Source: Octopus sinensis (taxonomy: Eukaryota). Taken from it: 64,000 bases of DNA. Both the position numbers and the translations under genes were made by a program. The DNA lies in NCBI RefSeq assembly GCF_006345805.1, contig NC_043015.1, positions 50,964,001-51,028,000 of the forward strand, in the 5' to 3' direction. Of this stretch, positions 14,271 to 26,716 are shown piece after piece. The notes beneath the pieces are model-generated. The model saw nothing but the letters and a program-made list of their open reading frames with translations, was not told where the DNA came from and made no database searches. The first letter of the stretch is position 1. Every line of letters begins with the position of its first letter.

Positions 14271-16918
14271 TAAATGATACACTCAAGAGATTCCCAAGAA
14301 TTCATTAAAAAACAGTCCCAATTACTGCTATAATCCATAACGAGCCAATTTTAAGTCATTTAAACATCTAACACCTTACTACTTTCACACTACCTACATT
14401 CCTTCTTTTTCTCCCTTCTCTTTCTTCTTCTTCGTCTCCTTCCTTACTTTATCACTAATGCTGTAAATTAACAATTATTAGAGCACCATATATATACATT
14501 TAATAAACATTTTTACATTTTTAAAAATTATATCTGCAGTGAGTTAACTTGGGATCCCTTGATGACAATGTAAGGTCCACTTAACTAAGGTATCTTTGGC
14601 CTGATGAATAGCCAGTGGAGTGCCCTTCATTAAGTAATTATTACTTCTGAGCTTCTGCTAATTAGGAAACATGTGGCCTGGATTTTACCTGCTCCATTCT
14701 TTTAATTTGGATACATTTAAAAAACTATGTGGATGTCTTTTGGTTAGGAAAAAATGTAGAAAATACAGCCAGTTTTTATGAGGGAAGTATTTAATTGGTT
14801 GAATCTAGTCGGGCATACGGCAAGTGCTTCTTTTTATGACATTGGGGGTCTGACAGAGAAGGAGGAAAGGCAGGGTTCTTGTAGAGGAGCCACATGGTAA
14901 CTCACATGTTAGAAGAGAGGTTGAAAGTGACCAGATGGAGCTGCAGAGAAGTAAATATTGTTGATGAGGTGTTTAGGTGGTCCCTGAAGTTATGAGAGCA
15001 ATATTGGTAAATAGGCTGGTAGAAGAATTTAAAGTCAATACAGATTGATATTGATCTAAAGAGAGTGAAGTGTGTTGACTGGCATTCTACTATCTTGGTC
15101 TCATCAATAAATATTGATTTCTAATTGAGTTACAAGGTCAGAAATTTTTGGGAAGAGTAACAGTGATTGATTAAAATAGACCCCATCAGTTAACTGGTAC
15201 TTAATTTTATAGCACTCAGAAGGTACTTAACTTTATAGCGCTCAGAAGGATGACAAATTTAATGCCTATTGAAAATTGAACTCAAAACAAAGTGAGGTAC
15301 CAAAATATTGGTTCCAAATTTTGGCACAAAACGCAGAAATTTCAGAAGAGGGAGTAAGTCGATTACATCGATCCCAGTACATAACTGGTATTTATTTTAT
15401 TGACTCCCAAATGTATGTAAGGCAAAGTTGACCTAGGTAGAATTTGAACTCAGAATGTAAAGATGGACAAAATGACACCAAGCATTTTGCCCAGCATGCT
15501 AACAACTCTGCCAGCTCACTGAGGCACCTAGATATCACCAAAGCATTTTAGCTGACATTCCAAAGACTTTGACACCAGACAACGAGACATATTAAAGCAT
15601 ATTTTGATTAGCAAAGTAAGTCATTAGCTGATTTAATTGCAGCATTATGAATCACCTTTTCATCTGTTGACTCATCATTTTATAACTGAATCGCTTCCAA
15701 CTGTTTTCTCTACCTGTTCTACCTTTGTGAGATAATTAGAACAGGTGTATTTGTTTTATTTTTTGCTTTTGCTCCTTAACACATCACAATGTCATAGTTG
15801 GAATAAGTCAATCAGCAGACTTTCTAATTAAGCGATTAATGTGCCGGTCTTTTAACCAGTGCAGTTCTGGTTCTTATTGATGTCACCGAAAAGCTGATTA
15901 GAAATTATCTCATCAAGTGACTAATTAAGGTGATACAAGGTACAATGCCTTATTTGGTGCACTTTTCCGAAATGGTAAAATGGTCTTAGTTCTATAATCA
16001 TAAATAGTCTCTCAACCTTTTACCATCTAAGTCGGATTAGTGAATGAAAGAATCTACTATAATAATACTCTTGTGTTTTTCTCCATCACAACATATGAAT
16101 AAGGAAGGAAGGAAGGGGTGATGGCAAACTGGTAGTGGATGGTGAACATTCAATGCTGTAAAGAAAAATCAAACAGCGTTTCAACTCTGTGTGAGTGTAT
16201 GTGTGTGCGTGTACAAGGAAAGTATGCGAATGTATGTGAACATTGACAAGTGTATTATTTTGATTTACCATCCATATTTATATATAAAATACTACAATTA
16301 GCCGTCATTTTTGATGGCACGGGGCCAGCTAGTTAATAAATGAATCTTAATTAGTTTCGATGATGAACAATTAGTCGGTTGGATCAATTGGATTGCTTCG
16401 TCATTTAGTTAGCATATAAGAGGCTGAGTATTTCACAGACATATCACCATAATTTGATGTCCATTTTCCATGCTGGCATGGGTTAGATGGCTTGACAGTG
16501 AGCCAAAGGGCTGCACCAAGCGCCATTGCCTGCTTTGGTATGGTTTCTACAGGGAGTCTGAGAGGTGAGTGGCAGACGGATAGTGATGGGGGTAGATCGA
16601 AATGCTGTGAGTAGTAAACATGGGTGGAGGTATGGTCAATCGCGAATATTAGTGAGAGGGACACAGCATGACCCAGTGTGTAAACAAGGCTGGCACTTTG
16701 AACTACAGGTACAATCCATCTGACAGGCTTCCACACAGTTTCCATTAACCCTTTTTCACCATTAAGTCTTGGGTTCACCTGAAGTGATGTTAAGACATTT
16801 GCTCAAAATGCCATGCAGTGATATTGAACCTCGGACCTAGCGATTGTGAAACAAACTTCTTAATGATTGGCCATGCTAGCATTGAAGAAAATACCTTACA
16901 GCATTTAGTTACATTCTA

Positions 16919-17470
16919 TTGGGTTGTTCAGAAAGTTCTTGCCTATTTTTAAAGGAAAGAAAAAGATCAATAAATACTTGCCATTACATTTTTAATCAGC
17001 CAAATATGAACCATTTTGTTGCACAATGCATCTCCATTTTTCCTTTAACTTGAAAATACCCTCTTGCCAGAATTGAGGTGGTTTCATGGCAAAGAATTCA
17101 TCAAGGTATCTTTTTACATCATCCAAGGATTTGAAATTTTTACTGTTAAGACTATTCTGCAGAGACCTGAATAAGTGGAAATATCTTGTGAATATGGAGG
17201 GTGGGGTAACACATCCCAGCCGAGCTGCAACATTTTTTGTCTGGTTCCCGAAGCATCAAGTGCCAAAAATGAACTTTCTTATCTTCCATTTTAAAGGGTT
17301 ACAGAATTAACACAGGTTATAGGAACATAAACCTTCTTCCACAAAAGATTGCTTAAACTGTGCTCTAAATGGAGGTGTAGTCAAATCCTATTTTATGGAC
17401 TCAACCATGTTCTAAAATAAGTCGAAAGGTAAGCTACTATAAATCGGCACGAACTTTCCGGACAACCCAA
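16919..17470 (-). mobile_element. Internally deleted mariner element
   Basis: ~30-bp imperfect TIRs (ttgggttgttcagaaagttc / gaactttccggacaacccaa), TA on the left; minus strand encodes FHLFRSLQN...YLDEFFAMKPPQFWQEGIFKLKEKWRCIVQQNGSY, a mariner transposase C-terminus. Confidence 0.88.
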
Positions 17471-17871
17471 TGTTATGATCTGGGTTCAAATCCTGCTCAG
17501 GTCCACTTTATTTTCGTCCTCCCATGGTCAATAAAACCAGTATTAGGGTTGATGTCCTCTATTACACTCTTGAAGCTGGTACACCAGTATGGCTACACAA
17601 TTTTAATGCCTGAAGTCATAAGACAGTAGTGGCAGTCTTGGTCTGTTGGAATTTTGCTAGATCTAAATTTGGTTTCAAATTTGAAGGGTGGGTGGGTAAG
17701 TTGGTTACATTGATTTCTGTACTTGAATGGTACTTATTTTATCAAACCCAAAAGGATGAAAGGCAAAAATTGAACTTGGAGGAATTTGGACTCAGAACTT
17801 AAAGAGCCGAAAGGAATGATGCTAAGCATTTTGTTCAAACCATATTATTTAATATCTGTTTTATATTCCAG

Positions 17872-17940
17872 CTGGAGAAGATGGACAGGTGAAAATTTGG
17901 TCAAAGCAAAGGATGTTAAGATCTACTTTAGTTCAGAATA
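17872..17940 (+). CDS. IFT80: IFT80 internal coding exon (69 bp): (A)GEDGQVKIWSKQRMLRSTLVQN
   Basis: ttccag acceptor, gtaagt donor; GEDGQxKIWSK.xMLRSTL motif characteristic of IFT80; phases match neighbours. Confidence 0.95.
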
Positions 17941-18139
17941 GTAAGTTGACTCCTCCTTTTGTATTATTATGAAAAGCAAGTGTGGCTTGTGCATGGTTAA
18001 GATCTTTGCTTTCCAACCACATGGTTTCTGGTTCAATTCCATTGCTTTGGGTAAATGTCTTCTACTATTGTCTTAGGGCTGACCAGTACCTTGTGTGTGG
18101 ATTTAGTAGACAGAAACTGTGTATATATGTATCACATAA

Positions 18140-18800
18140 CCGGCCCATTTAAGAGTACCCTTCAATCATTGGCAATAAACAGTGTTTGAGAAGACTAGTT
18201 GAGTCAAATGAGGTCATTGTCATAGCTGATGTCAGTACCACCTGACTGGCACCTGTGCTGGTGGCATGTAAAAAGTACCATTTGAGCATGGTTGATGCTA
18301 GTCCCAATGGACTGGCTCCTGTGCTGGTGGCACATAAAAAGCACCATATGAATGTGGTCATTGCTAGCACCACCTGACTGGTTCCTGTGCTGGTGGCATG
18401 TAAAAAAAAACTCATTCGAGTGTGGTCATTGCCAGTGCTGCGTGACTGGCTCCTGTGCCGTGGCATGTAAAAAGCACCATTCGAGCGTGGTCATTGCCAT
18501 TGCTACCCGACTGGCTCCTGTGCTGGTGGCACGTAAAAAGCACCAAACAAGCGTGGTTGATGCCAGTGCCGCTTATCTGGCCCCATACCAGTGGCACGTA
18601 AAAAGCACCATTCAAGCATGGTCGATATCAATACTGCCTGACTGGGTCCCATGCTGGTGGTATGTAAAAAACACGATTCAAGCGTGGTTGATGTCAGTAC
18701 TGCCTGTCTGGCCCCATGCCAGTGGCACGTAAAAAGCACCCACTACACTCTTGGAGTGGTTGGCGTTAGGAAGGGCATCCGGCTGTAGAAACCTTGCCAG
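18140..18800 (+). repeat. LINE-tail-derived ~60-bp minisatellite (ggtggcaygtaaaaagcacca units)
   Basis: About 8-9 diverged tandem units ending in the cactacactc...ggaagggcatcc tail motif. Confidence 0.8.
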
Positions 18801-19037
18801 ATATTCCCTTCTCAGTTTCACATTTATTGCAGCAGTGCTTCAGTTTTTCTAAGCCCTGTAAAAGACCTCAGCAGTTTGGACTTCCAGCCAGACCTTTCAT
18901 GACACCCCTAAAGCCAGGATCTTTACAGATCCTCCTAGTAACTTGCACCTGGGTAACATAGTGACATTGAGTGCAGTGTAAAAGTAAAGTTTTATTATTG
19001 TTGCTTCTATTTATATTTGTTTATTTTTTTTTGTCAG

Positions 19038-19147
19038 GTGCCCCTATTTATTCATTGGCTTGGGCCCCAGACTCCAAACAGCTGGTATTTACCAATGGCA
19101 AACAGTTGATTCTCAAAGCACAGCAAGCTGGTTCTAAACCTTTCATG
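19038..19147 (+). CDS. IFT80: IFT80 internal coding exon (110 bp): (S)APIYSLAWAPDSKQLVFTNGKQLILKAQQAGSKPFM
   Basis: poly-T tract plus gtcag acceptor, gtaagt donor; similar to vertebrate [26 protein letters not shown]. Confidence 0.94.
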
Positions 19148-19220
19148 GTAAGTCTTATTACTAATAATATCAAGAGTTGTCTTTATATCCTACTTAACGT
19201 GGATGTATAATCAGTGTGAA

Positions 19221-19550
19221 GGCGCATGGCTCAGTGGTTAGAGCATCGAGCTTATGATCGTGAGGTTGTGAGTTCGATTCCCGGACCGGGCTGCGTGTTG
19301 TGTTTTTTAGCAAGACACTTTATTTTACATTGCTCCAGTTCACTCAGCTGTAGAAATGAGTTGCGATGTCACAGGTGCCAAGCTGTATTGGCCTTTGCCT
19401 TTCCCTTGGATAACACTGGTGGTGTGGAGAGGGGGAGGCCAGTATGCATGGGTGACTACTGTTCTTCCATAAACAACCTTGCCCGGACTTGTGCCTGAAG
19501 GGTAACTTTCTAGGTGCAATCCCATGGTCAGTCATGATTGAAGGGAGTCT
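19221..19550 (+). mobile_element. tRNA-derived SINE (family C) with well-preserved Pol III A and B boxes
   Basis: TGGCTCAGTGG and GAGTTCGATTCCC; related heads at ~5762, 24910, 46868, 62812. Confidence 0.75.
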
Positions 19551-20713
19551 CAGCTAACCAGAGCACTGAATACAGCAATATTTGCTATGAAAGTTCCTTG
19601 TACTCTTAGATCTGTAAGTCTATATGAAAGGACCTCTCAAGGTGAATACTACCATATTCAGCATGCTTATAATAAATCTACATTTAGTTGGCTATAAAGG
19701 TTGCTATTTGATATTAGTATTGCTTCCATTTGAAGGCAATGTTTTTGTATTTTAAAGCGGGGAGCTGGCAGAAATGTTAGCCTGTTGGGCAAAAAGCTTA
19801 GGTTCTGAGTTCAAATTCCGCCAAGGTTGACTTTGCCTTTCATCTTTATAGGGTCGATGAATTAAGTACCAGCTGCGTACTGGGGTCGATCTAATCGACT
19901 GGCCCCACCTCCCCAAAAATTTCGAGCCTTTTGCCTAAAGTAGAAAAGAATATTTTTGTATTTTAACGCTAAGGGAAGTAACTCTAAGTGAATCATTGTA
20001 TTAGCAGCAGTGACATTTCACTGCTACCATAGCAACCAAATGCTATTTCTCCTTCAAGTATAAATTTGAAAGCTGAGTCAATGGTGAGGAGTTCCAACTA
20101 GATGAAATCTCCCAGCGGTTTCAATGCACAAATCTCCAATATCCAAAAAGCTGAAAAGTGTCTGCAGAAGGACACCCAGGAGCCATGACCTGGATTCAGC
20201 CCAGGCCCCTTAAAATGTTAGAAGTTAAGGGCCGAAATACTTGTCCGAGTGGACGGGGGTTCATCTCTGAAGATCATCTGCTGTTCAGCTCTCTTGAGAG
20301 TTTCTATCTCTTTTCATTATTTCAAAATAATTCTCTGTACCATAGCATATTGTCGTCTCCATACTGCCAATCAATGAAATTTTCTACGAATATATGTGTT
20401 ATATCATGTAGAATCCGAATATACAAAACTTTTCGGGGAAAGTGTTTTAGGAGCGGGTGGGGTGGGGAATTTCGGAAAATTCACCGGCGTCCACTTCAAT
20501 TCGTCTTAACTTTCAAGAAAATAAATATTTTTTAATGAAATTTTTTACAAATATACCTCAGACTATGTAGATTCCGAGAACATAAGAATTTTGGGGGAAA
20601 ACAATTGGGGGTTACTTTTGAGGACCGTTCCCCACTCGGGGATGTTTCAGAACAAGTCGTCCATATTTGTTTCATTTTCTCCGTTTTGTGCGTTTATGCA
20701 TCCGTAGATTTCT

Positions 20714-20758
<45 letters not shown>

Positions 20759-21994
20759 GCGCACATATGTAATTAAAAAAGTTCAAACGGGGAATTATTC
20801 TATTCAGTGTCTTTCTGTTAGATACGTTTAGACCTTTAGCTGGTGTTTTTAGCATAACGAATTTTCTGGAGACAGCTTCATTGCAAGCTGCTTCAGTAGA
20901 AATCTACGGATGCACAAACGCACAAAACGGTTATGATCATCCAAAGTCGGATGGGGGGAGGGCAAGAATCTGTACTTATACCTATTGTCCGGGGCCAGGA
21001 GTTGATGCTGCTGTTAGCACTGCTACTGTAAGCTAGTTACATTTAACAATTATTCTAACTTTTCAGTCGCTACACCATCACCTTTTCCTTTCTTATTTCC
21101 TAGAAATATTCACGATATTTAATGGCACATAAAATGCACTTTTTAAAAAAAATGTCCCAGAAAAGTCACCCTGAGTCCTATATTCAAAGTTGGTCGTGTA
21201 TTACATACTCTAATGCTCGGATATCTTGCTTTTTCTTCCCTGAATATGCCCCAGTTAAATTGGGGTGCGCCTCATATACCCTTGCACTTTTTTACGTCAT
21301 CAAATAGTTTTTTCGTAGATGAGTCAAACTAAAGTTAACTCCCTTACATGCTTCAACTAGAACATAAAATACAATTATATTTATACAGCTCTTGTTAAAT
21401 TTATCACCTATCTCTTCAGAAAACCGTAACTCAGTTTCTTTCGTTAAAAAGAGAAAAGAAATTAAAATTATTAAGGCATCTTCAAAATTTATCTTTGAAC
21501 AAAATTGCTAAATAGAAATTAGCTGCCTGATATTTAAGAATTTACACAGAAGAGCATACAAGGGAAGTAAACTTGTTGGCTTCAATGAATTGCTTCCCTT
21601 GTGTATATTTTTTTTGTTTTTGTTTTAATATAGTTCGTCCAACTTGTGACGTATTCCTCCTTTGAATGTCATTGTTAGAAAGTATTATTTTTTCCAAGTT
21701 TGTCAATTATTGCATTTAAAAAGAAATAAAAGAGATCAATTTTATCAATTCATAATCTAATAATAATAATAATAATAATAATTGTGTACAGTGCTCAGGT
21801 GCACTACAACTCATCTAAAGTGTATATATAATCAGGTGTAGTTTCGGCGGATTTCGGAAAGCATGAGGGCCTTAAAAGATGCAGTGTCATGGCAGTGTCA
21901 TGCAGTGTCATGTGAAAATCACACACACACACACACACAATCTGTGTGCAGATTTACTTTACTGCCGCTTCCCCCCCATTCTGTACTGTCACTT

Positions 21995-22623
21995 ATCCCC
22001 TCCTTCCCCCTCCTCCTCTTACTCCTTCTCCCCTTCCTCTTCCTCCTTCTCCTCTTCCTCTTTCTCTTCCTCCTCTTCCTTCTCCTCTTTCTCTTCCTCT
22101 GCTTCCTTCTCTTTCTCTTCCTCCTCTTCCTCCTCTTTCTCTTCCTCCTTCTCCTCTTTCCCTTCCTCCTTCTCTTTCACTTCCTCCTCCTCCTCTCCTC
22201 TTTCTCTTCCTCCTCCTCTTTCTCTTCCCCCTCTTCCTCCTCTTTCTCTTCCTCCTCCTCTTTCTCTTCCCCCTCTTCCTCCTCCTCTTTCTCTTCCTCC
22301 TCTTTCTCTTCCTCCTCCTCCTTCTCCTCTTTCTCTTCCCCCTCTTCCTCCTTCTCTTTCTCTTCCTCCTTCTCTTCTCTTCCTCCTCTTTCTCTTCCTC
22401 CTTCTCTTTCTCTTCCTCCTTCTCTTTCTCTTCCTCCTTCTCCTCTTTCTCTTCCTCCTTCTCCTCTTTCTCTTCCTCCTCCCCCTCTTTCTCTTCCTCC
22501 TCTTTCTCTTCCTCCTCCTCTTTCTCTTCCTCCTCTTCCTCTTTCTCCTCTTTCTCTTCCTCTTCCCCCTTCTCTTCTTTCTCTTCTGCCTCCTCGCTGA
22601 GCTATTTCTTTTACCTCCTCCCT
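21995..22623. repeat. ~600-bp polypyrimidine/polypurine minisatellite (ctcttcct/ctttct units)
   Basis: Almost only C/T on the + strand. Confidence 0.95.
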
Positions 22624-24047
22624 CAATACTAATATTTACCATCAGCCATCCTTGTACAGGATTCACTACAGTCTCCTCTTCTTCCTTCCCATCTGTTGCT
22701 CTCCTCTCACATACGAACTTATTGATCTCCACTCCCTGATTCTCAGTCTGTATTCTCTCCAATACTCATCTTTTTGTATCTTGAGTGTGTGGAGGGGGGG
22801 GGGGTTAAAGCATAGTTCTACTTCTTCACAGGTCCTCTCATCGCATCAATGTTTCTGTGGGAGCCCTATTTTCCTAAATCCTTTGGCCAGAACCTAATGG
22901 CAAATTCTCTGAACTCATGCGGCCACTGGAACGAGGGCCTCAAAGCAGTAGAGGCCCATGCTAGTTGTCCCACTGCTCGCAATAGCTCCCTCGCTCCTGT
23001 CTTTCCGGGGAGGCCGCTCAGCTGTTCTCACATTGTCACTGACCCTATACTTTGCCCCCTCCCCACCAACCTCAACCCCCCACACTCTGACACTTTGTCC
23101 CCAACACCCTTGTCTTCTTGCCAGCTGATCCCACCTGGTCAATGGAACAGCCTACTCGTGAAATGAACATGCACGTGGTTGAGTACTCCATGGATACGTG
23201 TATCCTTCAGTGTAGTTCTCAGGGAGAATCAGCTTGACAGCAGAGAGTGGCAAGGCTGGGCTCGTTTGAAATACAGGTGCAACTCGTTTCTTGCCACCTG
23301 AGTCAGCTGGAGCAACATGAAGTAAAGTGTCTTGCTCAAGGACATAATATGCTGCCAGGAATTGAACTCATGATCTTACCATCTTGACCCAAGTACCCTG
23401 ACGACTAAGCTGCATGCCTTCCCCATCCACTCGTGCCAGCATGGAAAAGGGATTTTAAGTGATGGTGATGACAATGATGATGACTATGAATTTGGTGTAA
23501 CAACAACATACACCATACTGTATATGCACTCTCCCATGCAGAAACACACACATAAACACTCACACAAACACACACACACGCACACCATATTCTTTTCTAC
23601 TCTAGGCATAATGCCCGAAATTTTGAGGAGGTGGGGGTGGGCAGTCGATTTGATTGATCCCAGTATGCAACTGGTACTTAATTTATCGACCCTGAAAGGA
23701 TGAAAGGCAATGTCGACCTCGGTGGAATTTGAACTCGGAATGTAACAGCAGACGAAATACCCATTTCTTTACTACCCACAAAGGGCTAAACACAGAGAGG
23801 ACAAACAAGGACAGACAAACGGATTAAATTGATTATATTGACCCCAGTGCGAAACTGGTACTTATTTAATCGACCCCAAAAGGATGAAAGGCAATGTCGA
23901 CCTTGGTGGAATTTGAACTCGGAACGTAACAGCAGACGAAATACCGCTAAGTATTTCGCCCGGCGTGCTAAGGTTTCTGTCAGTTCATCGCCTTACTCCA
24001 TATATGACATATACACTCACCATGTACTCCATATTTGTACCCTATAC

Positions 24048-24400
24048 TATATATTTACAAAGTCAGAAAACAGCACAGCTCCCATGACTTTAGGAAACAT
24101 TTTTTCACGCTGAGAGTTGCTGAAGCATGGAACAAACTGCCGGCATCAGTTGTTAGTTGTCGGAGCACTGCATCCTTCAAAACTTCCATGCTTTCTGAGA
24201 TTCACCAACACTACACCTGATTTTCTCCCCTCCATACACAAGCAAGCATGTATCTGACTCATACACTGTTCACTTCCTAGACATTTGTACATTACTGCAT
24301 ATGCTTTATACGCACTTTCTGACAAGTTATGGTGCACCTGAGCACTGTATACAATAATTTCATTATTATTATTATATTATTATTATTATTATTATTATTA
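24048..24400 (+). mobile_element. CR1-like LINE 3' end with (ATT)n tail
   Basis: RKHFFTLRVAEAWNKLPASVVSCRSTASFK, a typical CR1 ORF2 C-terminus; a reverse tail copy lies at ~21760-21900. Confidence 0.8.
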
Positions 24401-25159
24401 TACCCCATATGCATATCACCCTTGTTTGTGTACATATGTGTGGTATGATGTTAGTGTGGTGTTTGTTGTGGTGGTGGTGGTGGTGGCAGTGGCTCCAATT
24501 GAAATTTAGTGTTTGAGTAAGCATATTATACACCATACACACTTATGGAATGCTCTATTCCAGGCACATTCCATGCACCTGTTGCCATAAAGAATGCAGA
24601 AATCTGTTTGAGAATTTTAGATAAAAAAAGTATTTATATTTATTGTTAACAAATTAAATGTTGCCATCACTACCAACAGCAAACACCAAGATAGTTCGAA
24701 GTTTACTTTTGTTGGACTTGGTATGATAGCAGTTGCTGTTGTGAGTTTCATGGTGTTAGGTGGTCATACATTGTTGTTGCTGCTGCAGCTGTTGTTCATC
24801 TTTTGGGTGTTGTAGCACCATTCTGATTCACTTGCCGGTAGACTGTTACTGTTGGCTGTCTCCCCTGTCTGCTGTGTTTGTTCTCTTTTGGGTAGTGGTC
24901 AAACTTGTGGAGGCGCAATGGCCAAGTGGTTAGGGCAGCAGACTCACAGTTGTAGGATCGTGGTTTCGATTCCCAGACTGGGCGTTGTGAGTGTTTATTG
25001 AGTGAAAACACCTAAAGCTCCACAAGGCGCCAGCAGGGGGTGGTGGCAAACCCTGCTGTACTCTTTCACCACAACTTTCTCTCACTCTTTCTTTCTGTTT
25101 CTGCTGTACCTGTATTTCAAAGGGCCAGCCTTGTCACACTCTGTGTCACGTTGAATCTC

Positions 25160-25470
25160 CAGATGTCTTTGTGGATAACATTTCTGATTGCCTCATCTGA
25201 CACATGGAGAACTTTTGCTATTCACTTCATGGATTTTCCAGAATTTCTGTCATTGATCTGTCAAACTTGCTGAATAAATCCTTGTGTTTTGATGGTACCA
25301 GAGTGTTGGAAATGCTTTTATGCATTTTGATACTAGTAATAGCTTTCCAACAGAGGCTTTTAACTTCTTGCAAACTCTGTAGATGTAAGATTTAGCAACT
25401 ATTAAAAACTGTGCTATTTCTATTTCACTGTGCTCAGCCTTTAAGGCCACAATTACAGCTTTCCTTTCCA
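25160..25470 (-). mobile_element. N-terminal HTH fragment of a Tc1/mariner-type transposase
   Basis: RKAVIVALKAEHSEIEIAQFLIVAKSYIYRVCKKL resembles the paired-like HTH of these transposases. Confidence 0.55.
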
Positions 25471-25877
25471 TTCCTTGAGTAGGCTTACAAAGAATAAGTC
25501 CTGGGGTTGATTTGCTCAACTAAAAGGCAGTGCTCCAGCATAGCCACAGTCAAACACTGAAACAAGTATAAAAGTAAAAGAGTAAAGAGTAACCTACACT
25601 CCCTGTATAATGATGGACTTGGTCAGAAAAAGCATACCAAAGAGGGAATTATTGCTAGATCTGGTTCCACACAATTTGGTTCCTCATGATCTCGTTCCAT
25701 ATGACTGGACATAATTTTCCATGATGTTGGTAATATTTTAGCAAATTGCAATCATTTTCTATAGATTTCTTTTTGCATGGGATATGGTGGTCTTGGTTTG
25801 ATTTCTAAGTTATGCAGTTGCTAAATATTCCTGCCGCATACCATATTCGCTATATCATTTACAGTACACACATAATA

Positions 25878-26716
25878 CAAGGTGCGATGAGTAAATTGTC
25901 GCCATTTTCTATTCTTAATTTTCCCCATGTGCTTTTTTTGATTTTGATTTTGTTGACTACACAGTATAGTAGGGTCAGTTGGGCACCATCCGTGAGAAAA
26001 ACAGCACTGTACTGTTTGGCATTTGAGCCAGAAACTCCAGTAAGTACATTTCAGAGTGTCTGGATGTCAATGTGAGTGTTTGCTGCGTCCTCGAGTAACG
26101 AGAGTGATAAAAATTAAACATCCAGTTAACATCATGGTGTTTGGAGTGATCACTAGTGATGGTGACATTATGCTTCCATTCATCTACCAACACAGCCTCA
26201 GACTCAATATGGAGATCTACATTAAGTGCCTGGAGGAGGTAGTGCTGCCCTGGGTCAAAAGGGTGGCTACTGGAAGACCCTGTGTCTGGCAACAGGACTC
26301 TGCACCATGCCACAAGCAGAACACAGTCACAGCTGTCAAACAATTTCTGCGACCACATCACTCCTAACATCTGGCCACCTAACTCCTCAGACTGATTCTC
26401 CATTGATTATTATGTGTGGGGCACAGCTGAGTGAGAGACCAACAAAATTCCTTGTAACACCAAAGATGAACTGAAGGCAAGGATTATGGCAGCATTCACC
26501 AACTTAAACAAGGAGACCCTCCAGAAGAGTTGCAGGAGATTCGGAAGTTGTCTAGAGGTTGTAGTTGAAGCCAATGGCAATTTTATTAGCTAAATTTACT
26601 CTTTAGTATTTCAAGATATTTTAATGTAATTTTGGTAAATATATCTGTTAAAACGAGATGTCAATGTTATTTTCATTTTTACGTAATTTAGATGACAGTT
26701 TATTCACCGCAACCTG
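25878..26716 (+). mobile_element. Internally deleted Tc1/mariner-superfamily element (DD..D-type transposase remnant)
   Basis: TA-flanked imperfect TIRs (caaggtgcgatgagtaaattgtc / gacagtttattcaccgcaacctg); KHPVNIMVFGVITSDG...WQQDSAPCH, then frameshifted WPPNS.D...DYYVWG. Confidence 0.88.

Noticed and set aside
19221-19295. tRNA-like sequence
   Set aside because: A and B boxes are present but there is no proper acceptor stem, and it runs into a SINE body; it is a SINE head
20150-20275. Hairpin plus CCGAAA and a nearby CTGAAGA
   Set aside because: The pieces do not assemble into one consistent hammerhead topology
21863-22762. Long ORFs (228-286 aa) rich in Pro/Ser/Leu or Glu/Arg
   Set aside because: They arise from the CT-rich tract, which has no stop codons; low complexity, no splice or homology support
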